Assembly: GCA_046327755.1 (NCBI GenBank)
Contig: JAXLXW010000014.1
Span: forward strand, 8,051 to 72,050
Length of the DNA stretch: 64,000 nt
Source of the DNA: Gemmatimonadaceae bacterium
Lineage (GTDB): Bacteria; Gemmatimonadota; Gemmatimonadetes; Gemmatimonadales; Gemmatimonadaceae
Direction: 5' to 3'
Shown: positions 53,177-62,601 of the stretch, piece by piece
How the letters are laid out: each line of letters opens with the position of its first letter
How positions within the stretch are numbered: position 1 is the first letter of the stretch
Translations under genes and position numbers: made by a program
Notes under the pieces: model-generated
The model's input: only the letters and a program-made list of their open reading frames with translations
The model's database searches: none
What the model was told of the DNA's origin: nothing

Positions 53177-55342
53177 GTGAACAACCGCAAGCACTCGACG
53201 CGCGCCGCTACCGGCGCGCTGCCGCGCGCCGCCACCGGCGCGCTGCTGTTGGCACTCGCCGCCACGCGCCCGCTCGCCGCGCAGGAACGCGAGGATCGCA
53301 CGCTCCTCTCGCAGGGGCAGATGACCTCGATCATCAATGAGGTTTCGGGGGAGCGGGCGATGCACCACCTCCTCGAACTCGTCCCCTACCAGCGCGTGCG
53401 CCTGCCCGGCGAGTACAACGGCCCGTTCCGCGAGAGTCGCGTGATCGAGGAGTTCGCGAAGCAGTACGGCTTCAGCAACGTCACCACCGAGGTCTACCAG
53501 CAGGGGGGGACGACGCCGCAGCCCACGGTGGGCGAGTTGTGGATGACGACGCCCAAGCTGGTGAAGCTGTTCGACATCCACGACATCGCGCTGGCGCTGG
53601 CGTCGCTCAACGCCAACGGCGACCTCACCGCGGAGCTGGTCGACGTCGGGGCGGGGCGCGCGCAGGACTTCGAGGGGAAGGACGTGAAGGGGAAGTTCGT
53701 CCTCTCGTCAGGTGCAACCGGCCAGGTCTACGCGCAGGCGGTGTCGCGCGGCGCGATCGGCGTGCTGGCGGTGAGCGCGATCGGTTACCAGCGCTCGGTG
53801 GACTATCCCACGCAGATCGTCTCGTCGACGGTCAACGCGCAGCCGGGGACGGTCGCCTGGTCGGTGACCCCCGAGGTGCAACGCAACCTGCAGGCGCTGC
53901 TCGTCCGCGGCGAGAAGATCACCATCCGGTCGCTGACGAAGAGCGAGATGGTGCCGAGCAAGGCGGAGTACGTGCACGCCGAGATCCCGGGCGACGGGAG
54001 CACGACGCAGGAGGTCGGGATCTCCTGCCACCTGTACGAAGGGGTGATCAAGCAGGGGGCCAACGACGACAACTCGGGGTGCGCGCTCATCCTCGAGATC
54101 GGGCGCGCCTACATCAAGCTCCTCAACGAGGGGAAGCTCCCGCGCCCCAAGCGCACCATCAACTTCCAGTTTGTCCCCGAGATCGCGGGGACGGCTGCGT
54201 ACCTCACGCGCCATCCCGAGAAGGCCAAGGCGATCATCGGGACGCTCAACTTCGACATGGAAGGGATCCGCGTCTCGCAGAGCCGCTCGTTCTGGGTGCT
54301 GCAGCGCACGCCGGACACCTTTCCGTCGTACATCAACGACATCGCGCAGAGCGTGATGGAGTACATCGCCGACATCTCGCGCGAGCGCGTGCGCTTCCGC
54401 CGCTCGCTCTCCGGCTACGCCCCGACGCAGCCCGTCGAGTCGCCGCGCGGGAGCAAGGACGCCTTCTACATCAAGGTGGACAAGCACTACGGGTCGAGCG
54501 ACCACGTGACGTACATGCAGTACGGAATCCCGGCGGTCATGTTCATCACCTGGCCCGACATGTGGTATCACTCGTCGGAGGACACGCCGGACAAGCAGGA
54601 CCCCACGCAGTACAAGCGCGCCGCGGCGGTGGGGCTGGGCGGGATCGCCGTGCTGGCCGACGGGACCGACGAGATGGCGGCGCGCGTCCTGGCCGACAAC
54701 CTCGGGCGCGGGCTCTCGCGCATGGGCGAGTCGCACACCAAGGGATTGGGCTACCTGGCCGACGCGAAGGACGGCCCGTCGCTCACCAACGCGTATCGCG
54801 AAGCGCGCGTGGCGATCACCCACCAGGCGGAGATCGAGAAGGCGGTGGTGCGCACGGCGCGCGTGCTGTGGACCGACTCGCTGGCGGGGAAGAAGAGGAC
54901 GGCGGCGTTCGAGCCGCTCATCGACCAGCGCGCCGGCGCGCTGCTCAACGAGGTGAAGGCCGCCTACCAGTTGCAAGCGCTGCAGCGCAACGTGCCGGCC
55001 CCGGAGCCCGTGACGTCGCCCGAGGACAAGGCCGCGATGAACCTCGTGGTGCAGCTGACGGCAGCGGGGGCACAGGGACCCGGGCGCGGGCCTGGAGGGC
55101 CGGGCGGTCCCGGTGGCCCCGGCGGTGCGGCGGGGCGTGGCGCGGCACCGGCCGGCCCGTCGCTCCCGGACGAGTACAACGCCGAGCTCTCGCTGCTGCT
55201 GCGCAAGGGGCTCACCGTCGGGCAGATCCGCGACTTCCTCTCCGGCGAGTTCACCCCGGTGACGCTGGACGAGCTGCTCAAGGTCCTGCGGGCCCGCGAG
55301 GCGGCGGGGCAGCTGACGCTCACCCCCAAGGCGGCGAAGTGA
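53177..55342 (+). CDS. M28-family metallopeptidase with PA-like insert
   Basis: The track ORF starts at TTG 53138; I prefer GTG 53177 (VNNRKHSTRAATGALPRAATGALLLALAATRPLAAQ). ANDDNSGCALILEIGRAY and GSSDHVTYMQYGIPAVMF are M28-like. A Gly/Pro-rich linker GPGRGPGGPGGPGGPGG is present. Confidence 0.8.
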   Translation: MNNRKHSTRAATGALPRAATGALLLALAATRPLAAQEREDRTLLSQGQMTSIINEVSGERAMHHLLELVPYQRVRLPGEYNGPFRESRVIEEFAKQYGFSNVTTEVYQQGGTTPQPTVGELWMTTPKLVKLFDIHDIALALASLNANGDLTAELVDVGAGRAQDFEGKDVKGKFVLSSGATGQVYAQAVSRGAIGVLAVSAIGYQRSVDYPTQIVSSTVNAQPGTVAWSVTPEVQRNLQALLVRGEKITIRSLTKSEMVPSKAEYVHAEIPGDGSTTQEVGISCHLYEGVIKQGANDDNSGCALILEIGRAYIKLLNEGKLPRPKRTINFQFVPEIAGTAAYLTRHPEKAKAIIGTLNFDMEGIRVSQSRSFWVLQRTPDTFPSYINDIAQSVMEYIADISRERVRFRRSLSGYAPTQPVESPRGSKDAFYIKVDKHYGSSDHVTYMQYGIPAVMFITWPDMWYHSSEDTPDKQDPTQYKRAAAVGLGGIAVLADGTDEMAARVLADNLGRGLSRMGESHTKGLGYLADAKDGPSLTNAYREARVAITHQAEIEKAVVRTARVLWTDSLAGKKRTAAFEPLIDQRAGALLNEVKAAYQLQALQRNVPAPEPVTSPEDKAAMNLVVQLTAAGAQGPGRGPGGPGGPGGPGGAAGRGAAPAGPSLPDEYNAELSLLLRKGLTVGQIRDFLSGEFTPVTLDELLKVLRAREAAGQLTLTPKAAK

Positions 55343-55350
55343 TCGGCGCG

Positions 55351-55378
55351 GGCCGCCAGCCGCAAACGGCTGGCGGCC
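55351..55378. terminator. strong hairpin between convergent genes
   Basis: ggccgccagccg (55351..55362), loop caaa, cggctggcggcc (55367..55378). The 12-bp stem is perfect. There is no clear U-tract. Confidence 0.55.
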
Positions 55379-55403
55379 ACCCCGCCACGCGCCCGGCAGT
55401 TGC

Positions 55404-56390
55404 CTAACGCCGGACGAACTCCCCGACCACGCGCTGGAACTGCTCCGGCTCCTCCAGGAAGGGCCAGTGCCCGCTGTGCGTGAAGCCGGCGGTGGAGCAG
55501 CGCGGCAGCAGCGCGCACAGCGCTTCCGCGGTCGGCTGCCCGGTGAACGGCGAGTCGGCACCGCCCCACGCAATGAGCGTCGGGGCGTCCATGGCACGCA
55601 ACGCTCCCTCCTGCGCATCACCAACCAGCGACAGCGAGATGCTGCGCCACGCGGCGAACGACATCGACCCGGTGCTGTCGAGCAGGGCGCGGCGTGTGGG
55701 GTCGTACAGTCGCGCCTCGTTGTCGCCGTTGGCCGAGCGCGTGAACCACGCGTCGGCCGCATCGCCCGTTCCGCGCGGGATCCCCATGGCCGTGGAGTAG
55801 AGGGCGGGGCCGAGGTACGTCCAGATCGTGCGGTTCGTCATCCCGTTGTTGAGGCGGATCCCGCCCACGATCACCATCCGGTCGACGTGCGGGCGATGGC
55901 GAATGGCGTATCGCTGCACGAGCGCGCTCCCGAACGAATGCCCCACGAGGACGACGCGATCGGCGTGGAGCACGTCGCGACGGATCGCCTCCAGTTCCTC
56001 GACCAGGCTGTCGATCTGGTAATCGGCGATGCGCGCCTTGCTCTCGGAATTGCCGGAGCCGCGCTGGTCGTAGTAGAGGACGCGACGGTCGGCGGCGAGG
56101 AAGTCGAGCGAGCGGCGAAACGACAGTGACGAATGACCGGGGCCGCCGTGCACGACGATCACCGGCGCTCGCGTGGTGTCGGCACCGACCTGGCGGGCGT
56201 ACAGGGCGTAGCCGTTCACGCGCAGAGGCGTCGCACAGTCGCGGCACGGGCGAACGGCCGGCTGCACGCCGTTGTAGCGCGCGTAGGCGAAGGCGGCGTA
56301 CCCGCCGGCGAGGGCGCAGATCGCGACCACGCCGAAGACGAGCCACCGGGTGAGGCGTTGGACGAGCGAGCGCGCGCCGGGGCGAGACAT
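55404..56390 (-). CDS. alpha/beta hydrolase (proline iminopeptidase-like), membrane-anchored
   Basis: VIVVHGGPGHSS and the nucleophile elbow VGHSFGS are present. The N-terminal anchor is WLVFGVVAICALAGGYAAFAY. The start is ATG 56390 or ATG 56417. Confidence 0.85.
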   Translation of the reverse strand: MSRPGARSLVQRLTRWLVFGVVAICALAGGYAAFAYARYNGVQPAVRPCRDCATPLRVNGYALYARQVGADTTRAPVIVVHGGPGHSSLSFRRSLDFLAADRRVLYYDQRGSGNSESKARIADYQIDSLVEELEAIRRDVLHADRVVLVGHSFGSALVQRYAIRHRPHVDRMVIVGGIRLNNGMTNRTIWTYLGPALYSTAMGIPRGTGDAADAWFTRSANGDNEARLYDPTRRALLDSTGSMSFAAWRSISLSLVGDAQEGALRAMDAPTLIAWGGADSPFTGQPTAEALCALLPRCSTAGFTHSGHWPFLEEPEQFQRVVGEFVRR

Positions 56391-56573
56391 GGCGCGCGCG
56401 GGAGGGGAAGTGGGCACGGTCGAAGGGCGAAGCGCGAGCGATGGAGGCGGGGTGGCAATCTCCCCTTCGCGGCAGAGCGACGAAAGGGGGAAGTTCCCTG
56501 CTGTTGCGCCGCCGCGCGCGATCCCCCAGCGTTCGTCCCGTCACCTACGATCGCCCCGACCGAGAACCGCGCC

Positions 56574-57674
56574 GTGCCGCCCGTCGCTCGCAAACGTCCG
56601 CACTCGAGGCGCTCCACGCGCCCCGCGCGCAGCAGCCGCAACCTCCCCGCCCGCCGCAACGGGCAGGATCCGTGGGCATCGCTGACGCGCGACGAGTTCC
56701 TCGACCTCCGCATCCGTGACCTGGGGGTGCGCCTCGAGGGGACGTGGATCGAGGAGTGCATCGACGCGCTGTACCAGGAGCTGGACGAGCGCGGCCTCTC
56801 GTTGCGCCCGCACTGCTGGCTGTCGAGCGAGTGGTTCTCGCCGGAGGGAGTGCCGGGGATCGGGATCCCGTTCTACCTGGCACACCCGCGACTGATGCGC
56901 CTCGAGCGCACGATGATGCTGGAGGTGGAAGGGGGGACGCGCACCGAGTGCATGCGCATCCTGCGCCACGAGACGGGGCACGCGCTGCAGCACGCGTTCG
57001 ACCTGCATCGGCGCAAGCGGTGGCGCGAGCTGTTCGGGCCGTCGACGACGCCCTACCCCGAGTCGTACCGCCCCAATCCCGCCAGCCGCAAGTACGTGCA
57101 GCACCTGCGCCTCTACTACGCGCAGTCGCACCCGGACGAGGACTTTGCCGAGACGTTCGCCGTCTGGATGGGGCCGCGCTCGGCGTGGCAGCGCCGCTAC
57201 CAGGGGTGGGGGGCGCTGCAGAAGCTGCACTACGTCGACGAGTTGATGGAGGAGCTGCGTGGCGGGCGGCCGCGCCGTCGCTCGCGCGAGGTCGTCGAAC
57301 CGCTCTCCAGCCTGACGATGACGCTGCGCGAGTACTACGAGGGAAAGCGCGCGCAGTACACGGTGAGCTATCCCACCACCTACGATCGCGAGTTGCTCAA
57401 GGTCTTCTCCAACGAACCGAAGCATGCCCGGCGCGAGCTTGCCTCACGCTTCATCCAGCGGCATCGCGCCGAGATCCGGCGCACCGTGGCCCGGTGGACC
57501 GGGGAATACGAGTTCACCCTCGACCAGTTGCTGCGCGACATGATCGGGCGCTGTCGCGAGCTCAAGCTGCGGGTCGCCGGGGGGCAGCGGCAGGTCCTGC
57601 TCGACTTCGCCGGAATGCTGGCGGTGCGTACGGTGCACTTCCTGTATTCGCGGCGCGTCTCGATCGCGATGTGA
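56574..57674 (+). CDS. putative zinc metallopeptidase (HExxH; Peptidase_Mx-like)
   Basis: GTG at 56574 within ORF 56133..57674. The HETGH motif sits in MRILRHETGHALQHAF, and a downstream SHPDEDFAETF could supply a third ligand. Confidence 0.65.
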   Translation: MPPVARKRPHSRRSTRPARSSRNLPARRNGQDPWASLTRDEFLDLRIRDLGVRLEGTWIEECIDALYQELDERGLSLRPHCWLSSEWFSPEGVPGIGIPFYLAHPRLMRLERTMMLEVEGGTRTECMRILRHETGHALQHAFDLHRRKRWRELFGPSTTPYPESYRPNPASRKYVQHLRLYYAQSHPDEDFAETFAVWMGPRSAWQRRYQGWGALQKLHYVDELMEELRGGRPRRRSREVVEPLSSLTMTLREYYEGKRAQYTVSYPTTYDRELLKVFSNEPKHARRELASRFIQRHRAEIRRTVARWTGEYEFTLDQLLRDMIGRCRELKLRVAGGQRQVLLDFAGMLAVRTVHFLYSRRVSIAM

Positions 57675-57681
57675 GGGCGCC

Positions 57682-58710
57682 ATGAGCCGAACGACACGTC
57701 GCAAGCTGCGAATCCTCGTCCTCGTCCAGCCCACGCTGATTCCGCCGGAATCGGACGCCGGGCTCAGTGAGCGCGAGCGCTACGAGATCAAGACCGAGTA
57801 CGACGTCACGAGCACGCTCCGCAAGCACGGGCACGACGTGCGCGTGCTGGGAGTGCGTGACGAACTCCTCCCCATTCGCCAGGCCGTGGAGGAGTGGAAG
57901 CCGCACGTCGTCTTCAACCTGCTGGAGGACTTCTTCGGGCTGCGCGAGTTCGATCATCACGTGGTGAGCTACCTCGAGCTGCTCCGCGTCCCGTACACCG
58001 GGTGCAACCCGCGCGGGCTCGTGCTGGCGCGCGACAAGGCGCTGAGCAAGAAGATCCTGGCCTATCACCGCATCCCGGTTCCGCACTTCGACGTGGTGCG
58101 CCGCGGGCGCACGGCGCGCCGGTCGCGCCACCTCAAGTTCCCGCTCATCGTGAAGTCGCTCACCGAGGAGGGGTCGGTGGGGATCGCACAGGCCTCGGTG
58201 GTGGAGAACGACGAGGACCTCAAGGCGCGCGTCGAGTTCATCCATCGTACCACGGAGAGCGACGCGATCGTCGAGGAGTACATCGACGGCCGGGAGATCT
58301 ACATGGGGATCGTGGGCAACCACCGCCTCGAGGTCTTTCCCCCGTGGGAGCTGACGTTCGAGAACGTCGCGCCGGGGACACGGCGCATCGCCACGTCGCA
58401 CTACAAGCACGACCCCAACGCGCAGGAGAAGCGTGGGATCAACCAGGGGCCGGCGCAGCTGACGGATGCGGTGTACAATCGCCTCGTCTCCACGGCGCGC
58501 CGCATCTACAAGCTCCTCTCGCTCGACGGCTACGCGCGCCTCGACTTCCGCCTGCGCGAGGACGGGACGCCGTTCTTCATCGAGGCCAATCCCAACCCCG
58601 AGATCGCCGAGAGCGAGGAGTTTGCCTCGTCGGCGCTCGAGGCGGGCTATGCCTATCCGGACCTGGTACAGCGCATCGTGACGCTGGGCGTTCGGCGCGG
58701 GTCGCTGTGA
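57682..58710 (+). CDS. ATP-grasp ligase (D-Ala-D-Ala ligase-like family)
   Basis: ATG 7 nt after the upstream stop. Motifs: RDKALSKKILAYHRIPVP, FPLIVKSLTEEGSVGI, IVEEYIDGREIY and YARLDFRLREDGTPFFIEANPNP. Confidence 0.85.
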   Translation: MSRTTRRKLRILVLVQPTLIPPESDAGLSERERYEIKTEYDVTSTLRKHGHDVRVLGVRDELLPIRQAVEEWKPHVVFNLLEDFFGLREFDHHVVSYLELLRVPYTGCNPRGLVLARDKALSKKILAYHRIPVPHFDVVRRGRTARRSRHLKFPLIVKSLTEEGSVGIAQASVVENDEDLKARVEFIHRTTESDAIVEEYIDGREIYMGIVGNHRLEVFPPWELTFENVAPGTRRIATSHYKHDPNAQEKRGINQGPAQLTDAVYNRLVSTARRIYKLLSLDGYARLDFRLREDGTPFFIEANPNPEIAESEEFASSALEAGYAYPDLVQRIVTLGVRRGSL

Positions 58711-58744
58711 CGCCGGCATCGTCGGCATCGCGGGAGGCGCGCCG

Positions 58745-59593
58745 TTGATCCCGTCGTCCGTTCCAGTGCTCGACCTCCGTGCCGCCGACGGTGCGCGTGC
58801 CCGCGTCCTGCTCGATGGGGCGCAGGTGGTGTCGTGGATCCCGGCGGGCGGCGGCGACGATCGCCTCTTCCTGAGCCGCAACGCCGAGTTCGGCCTCGGT
58901 CGCTCGGCGCGCGGCGGGATCCCGATCTGCTTTCCGCAGTTCGGCCCGTTCGGCGCGCTCCCGCAGCACGGCTTTGCGCGCAACGTGCGCTGGACGCTTC
59001 GCGATGCGTCGCGGCGTGAGGCGGGCGAGGTGACGCTGCGCCTCACGCACGTCGACGTCGCCGCCCAACGGCCGGCGGAAGAAGTGGCGTCGTGGCCGCA
59101 TCCCTTCGCGCTCGACGCGACGGTGCAGGTGGCGGGCAACGCGCTCGTCGTGCAACTCGTCGCGACCAACACCGGGCGGTCGCCGCTGACGTTCACGGCG
59201 GCCTTGCACCCTTACTTCGCGGTTCACGAGGCGTGCGCGACGACGGTGGAAGGGCTGTCGGGGCTCACCTATCGCGACGCGCTGCAGGGTGGGGCGCTGG
59301 TGCACGAGGAGGCGAGCCTGCTCTCCATCACCGGTGCGCTCGACCGGCTCTACTACGATGCGCCGGACGTGCTCGCCCTGCGTGAGGCGGCGCGCGCGCT
59401 GCGCATCGAGAAGCGCGGCTTCCCCGATGCCGTCGTCTGGAACCCTGGCGCGGCGATCACGGCGTCCAAGCGCGACTTCGAGGCGGGCGACGAGGGGGGC
59501 ATGCTCTGCGTGGAGGCGGCGGTGGTGGGGCGTCCGGTCGTCCTCGCACCCGGTGAGCAGTGGACGGGGGCGCAGCGCATGGTGGCGATCTAG
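58745..59593 (+). CDS. D-hexose-6-phosphate mutarotase (aldose 1-epimerase family, YeaD-like)
   Basis: GGIPICFPQFGPFGALPQHGFARN is present, with ...HPYF and ...VVWNPG. The start is TTG. Confidence 0.85.
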   Translation: MIPSSVPVLDLRAADGARARVLLDGAQVVSWIPAGGGDDRLFLSRNAEFGLGRSARGGIPICFPQFGPFGALPQHGFARNVRWTLRDASRREAGEVTLRLTHVDVAAQRPAEEVASWPHPFALDATVQVAGNALVVQLVATNTGRSPLTFTAALHPYFAVHEACATTVEGLSGLTYRDALQGGALVHEEASLLSITGALDRLYYDAPDVLALREAARALRIEKRGFPDAVVWNPGAAITASKRDFEAGDEGGMLCVEAAVVGRPVVLAPGEQWTGAQRMVAI

Positions 59594-59699
59594 CACTCAC
59601 GCGGCACAAGGGACGATCCGGAGGCGATCGCCCCTTCCAACGACTGTGGTCGTTGGTGCAACGTGGGGGCGACCGTTCCCTCCTCCCACGAGATTTCCG

Positions 59700-61169
59700 A
59701 TGCGCTCGTCCTCGCCATGCGCCCTCGTCCTGCTGGTTGCTGCGGCCTGTTCGTCACCTGCCACCAAGGCGCCGCCGGAGCCTAACGCGGATGCGGCGAT
59801 CGCCCGGGTGACCGCGGGGCTGCGCTCCGGGATCGCGATCAAGGGCGACGCCCCCGTCACCTTCTCGCTCGCGGAGCGCATGGCGCATCACAAGGTGCCC
59901 GGCGTCTCCATCGCCGTCGTCGACAGCGGGCGCATCGTCTGGGCGCGCGGCTTTGGCCTCAAGGAGTCGGGGACGAACGACTCGGTGACCGCGACAACGA
60001 TCTTCCAGGCGGCGTCGATCAGCAAGCCGGTGGCGGCGACGGGGATGTTGCGGCTGGTGGAGGAAGGGAAGCTCGCGCTGGACACGCCGGTGAACGACTA
60101 CCTCAAGAGCTGGAAGCTTCCCGACAACAAGTTCACCGAGAAGGAGAAGGTCACGCTGCGCCGCATCGTGTCGCACAACGCGGGGCTCACGGTGCACGGC
60201 TTCCCGGGGTACGCATCGACCGACTCGGTGCCGACGGTGCCGCAGCTGCTCGACGGCGCCAAGCCGGCCAACACCGCGGCGGTGCGCGTCGACACATTCC
60301 CCGGCGCCATCACGCGATACTCCGGCGGCGGGATCACGATCGAGCAGCTGGCGATGACGGATGTGACGGGCGAGTCCTTCCCGGCGCTGCTCAAGCGCCT
60401 GGTCCTCGATCCCATCGGGATGACGAACAGCGGCTACGACCAGCCGCTCGCAGCGCCGCGTACTGCACAGGCCGCGGCGGGCTACCGCCCGGACGGGAAG
60501 ATGGTCGAGGGGCGCTGGCACACCTATCCGGAGATGGCCGCTGCCGGTCTTTGGACGACCCCGACCGATCTCCTCAAGTGGGCGTTGGAGATCGCCGCGG
60601 CGCGCGCCGGCAAGTCGACGAAGGTCCTCTCGCAGAAGATGGCGACCGAGATGCTCACGCCGCACAAGGACGCCTTCGGCCTGGGCCCCGCCGTTGGCGG
60701 GAAGGGAGCAGGCTTCAACTTTGGCCACGGTGGCGCCAACGAGGGCTATCGCGCCCAGGTCACCTATTTCCCGGAGTTAGGGCGTGGTGCGGCGGTGATG
60801 ACCAACAGCGACAATGGATCGGCGTTGGCCCAGGAGATCCTCTTCGCCATCGCGGCGGAGTACAAGTGGACCGACTACGGTCCGCGCGAGATCGCCCCGA
60901 TCGCCGCCGACTCGGCCACACTCGACGCCCTCACCGGGACGTATGCGACCGACAAGCCGGAGCAGATCCGTGTCTCGCTCACCCGCGAGGGCGCGAAGCT
61001 CTACATCGCCGAGCCGAAGTACGTGCCGCGCACCGAGGTGCGACTGCTCGATGCGAAGAAGGCGATCGCGATCGAGACGGGGATGGAGTTCACCTTCCTC
61101 ACCGACGCCAAGGGGAGCGTCACGGGGATCGACCTCCCGCCGATGAAGCTCACGCGCCTCAAGAAGTAG
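59700..61169 (+). CDS. serine hydrolase (class C beta-lactamase / PBP-like) lipoprotein
   Basis: The internal ATG at 59700 gives MRSSSPCALVLLVAAACSSP. The SxxK motif is in FQAASISKPV. An extra C-terminal domain is present. Confidence 0.85.
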   Translation: MRSSSPCALVLLVAAACSSPATKAPPEPNADAAIARVTAGLRSGIAIKGDAPVTFSLAERMAHHKVPGVSIAVVDSGRIVWARGFGLKESGTNDSVTATTIFQAASISKPVAATGMLRLVEEGKLALDTPVNDYLKSWKLPDNKFTEKEKVTLRRIVSHNAGLTVHGFPGYASTDSVPTVPQLLDGAKPANTAAVRVDTFPGAITRYSGGGITIEQLAMTDVTGESFPALLKRLVLDPIGMTNSGYDQPLAAPRTAQAAAGYRPDGKMVEGRWHTYPEMAAAGLWTTPTDLLKWALEIAAARAGKSTKVLSQKMATEMLTPHKDAFGLGPAVGGKGAGFNFGHGGANEGYRAQVTYFPELGRGAAVMTNSDNGSALAQEILFAIAAEYKWTDYGPREIAPIAADSATLDALTGTYATDKPEQIRVSLTREGAKLYIAEPKYVPRTEVRLLDAKKAIAIETGMEFTFLTDAKGSVTGIDLPPMKLTRLKK

Positions 61170-62553
61170 CGTCGACGACCTTTCCCGGGTTCATCAGGTT
61201 GCGCGGGTCGAGCGCCTGCTTGATGGCGCGCATCACCGGGAGCAGGTCGCCGTGCTCCTTGGCGAGCGACGGCATCTTTCCGATCCCCACGCCGTGCTCG
61301 CCGGTGCAGGTCCCGCCGCAGGCGATGGCGCGTGCCACGAGCCGGTCGTTGGCGGCGCGCGCCCGCTCGAGTGACTGCGGATCGTTGGGGTCGACGAACA
61401 TCAGCAGGTGGAAGTTGCCATCCCCCACGTGACCCACGAGCGGGGCGAGGATCGCCTCCGCCTCGAGGTCGGCGCGCGTCTCGGCGATCACGCGCGCCAG
61501 CTGCGAGACGGGGACGCAGACGTCGGTCGTCCACGAGCGGCACCCCGGCTTCATCGCCAAGCCCGCGAAGTACACCTTGTGCCGCGCCTCCCATAGCCGT
61601 GCGCGCGCATCTTCCGTCGTGGCCGAGTCGTGCACGCGCCCCTGGTGAGCCTCGAGGAGGTCGCGTACCGTCTCCAGCTGCTCGGCGAGCGCCGGCGCCG
61701 AGTTGGCGTGCAGCTCCAGGAAGAGCATCGGGACCTCCGGGTAGCCAAGCCCGCTCAGCAGGTTCACCGCGCGCACCGTCATCCCGTCGAGCAGTTCGAT
61801 GCGGGCGAGCGGAACGCCGCACTGCAGCAGGGCCACGACCGCATGGACCGCGTCGTCAATGGAGGAGAAGGTGCACGCCGCGGCGGCGATGGCGTCGGGG
61901 ACCGGGTGCAGGCGCAGCGTGACCTCGGTGACGATGCCTAACGTCCCCTCGCTTCCGATGAAGAGGCGCGTGAGGTCGTACCCCGCCGACGACTTGCGCG
62001 CGCGCGAGCCGGTGCGGATCACCGAGCCGTCGGCCAGGACGACGGTGAGCGCCAGAACGTTCTCGCGCATTGTCCCGTAGCGCACCGACGTCGTCCCCGA
62101 GGCGCCCGTGGCGACCATCCCGCCCAGCGTCGCGTCGGCGCCGGGATCGACGAAGAAGGTCGTCCCCGTCCCGCCGAGCGCCTTCGTCAGCTGCATGCGC
62201 GTCACGCCGGCTTCGACCGTGACGTCCATGTCGTCGACGCTCGTGCGGAGGATCTGGTTCATGCGCGAGAGGTCGACGCAGACGCCTCCCTGCACGGCGG
62301 CGATGTGTCCCTCGAGTGAGCTTCCCGCGCCGTACGCGATGACGGGAGCGTCGTGCGCGGCGCATGTCCGCACGACCGCGCTCACCTCGTCCGTGCTTTC
62401 GGGATAGACGACCACGTCCGGCGGGTACGCGGGAAGGTGTGTCTCGCCGCGGCCGTGCTGCAGCAACTCCGACTCGGCGCGCGTGAGGCGGTCGCCGACG
62501 ATGGCAGTGAGGGCGGCGAGGAGTGCGGGGAGGTCGCGAACGCGTGACGGCAT
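61159..62553 (-). CDS. FAD-linked oxidase (GlcD / D-lactate dehydrogenase-like)
   Basis: FAD_binding_4-like VIAYGAGSSLEGH is present. The C-terminus GTCTGEHGVGIGK...LDPRNLMNPGK is typical. Confidence 0.88.
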   Translation of the reverse strand: MPSRVRDLPALLAALTAIVGDRLTRAESELLQHGRGETHLPAYPPDVVVYPESTDEVSAVVRTCAAHDAPVIAYGAGSSLEGHIAAVQGGVCVDLSRMNQILRTSVDDMDVTVEAGVTRMQLTKALGGTGTTFFVDPGADATLGGMVATGASGTTSVRYGTMRENVLALTVVLADGSVIRTGSRARKSSAGYDLTRLFIGSEGTLGIVTEVTLRLHPVPDAIAAAACTFSSIDDAVHAVVALLQCGVPLARIELLDGMTVRAVNLLSGLGYPEVPMLFLELHANSAPALAEQLETVRDLLEAHQGRVHDSATTEDARARLWEARHKVYFAGLAMKPGCRSWTTDVCVPVSQLARVIAETRADLEAEAILAPLVGHVGDGNFHLLMFVDPNDPQSLERARAANDRLVARAIACGGTCTGEHGVGIGKMPSLAKEHGDLLPVMRAIKQALDPRNLMNPGKVVDATS

Positions 62554-62601
62554 GGCCGGGGATCGCAGGGCTCGAGTCCCCTCAATCTTGTCCCGCGGCG
62601 C

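Noticed and set aside
61159-61169. 11-bp overlap of the 3' ends of the convergent serine hydrolase and FAD oxidase genes
   Set aside because: Short convergent overlaps are common in compact GC-rich genomes. There is no additional structure to suggest regulation.
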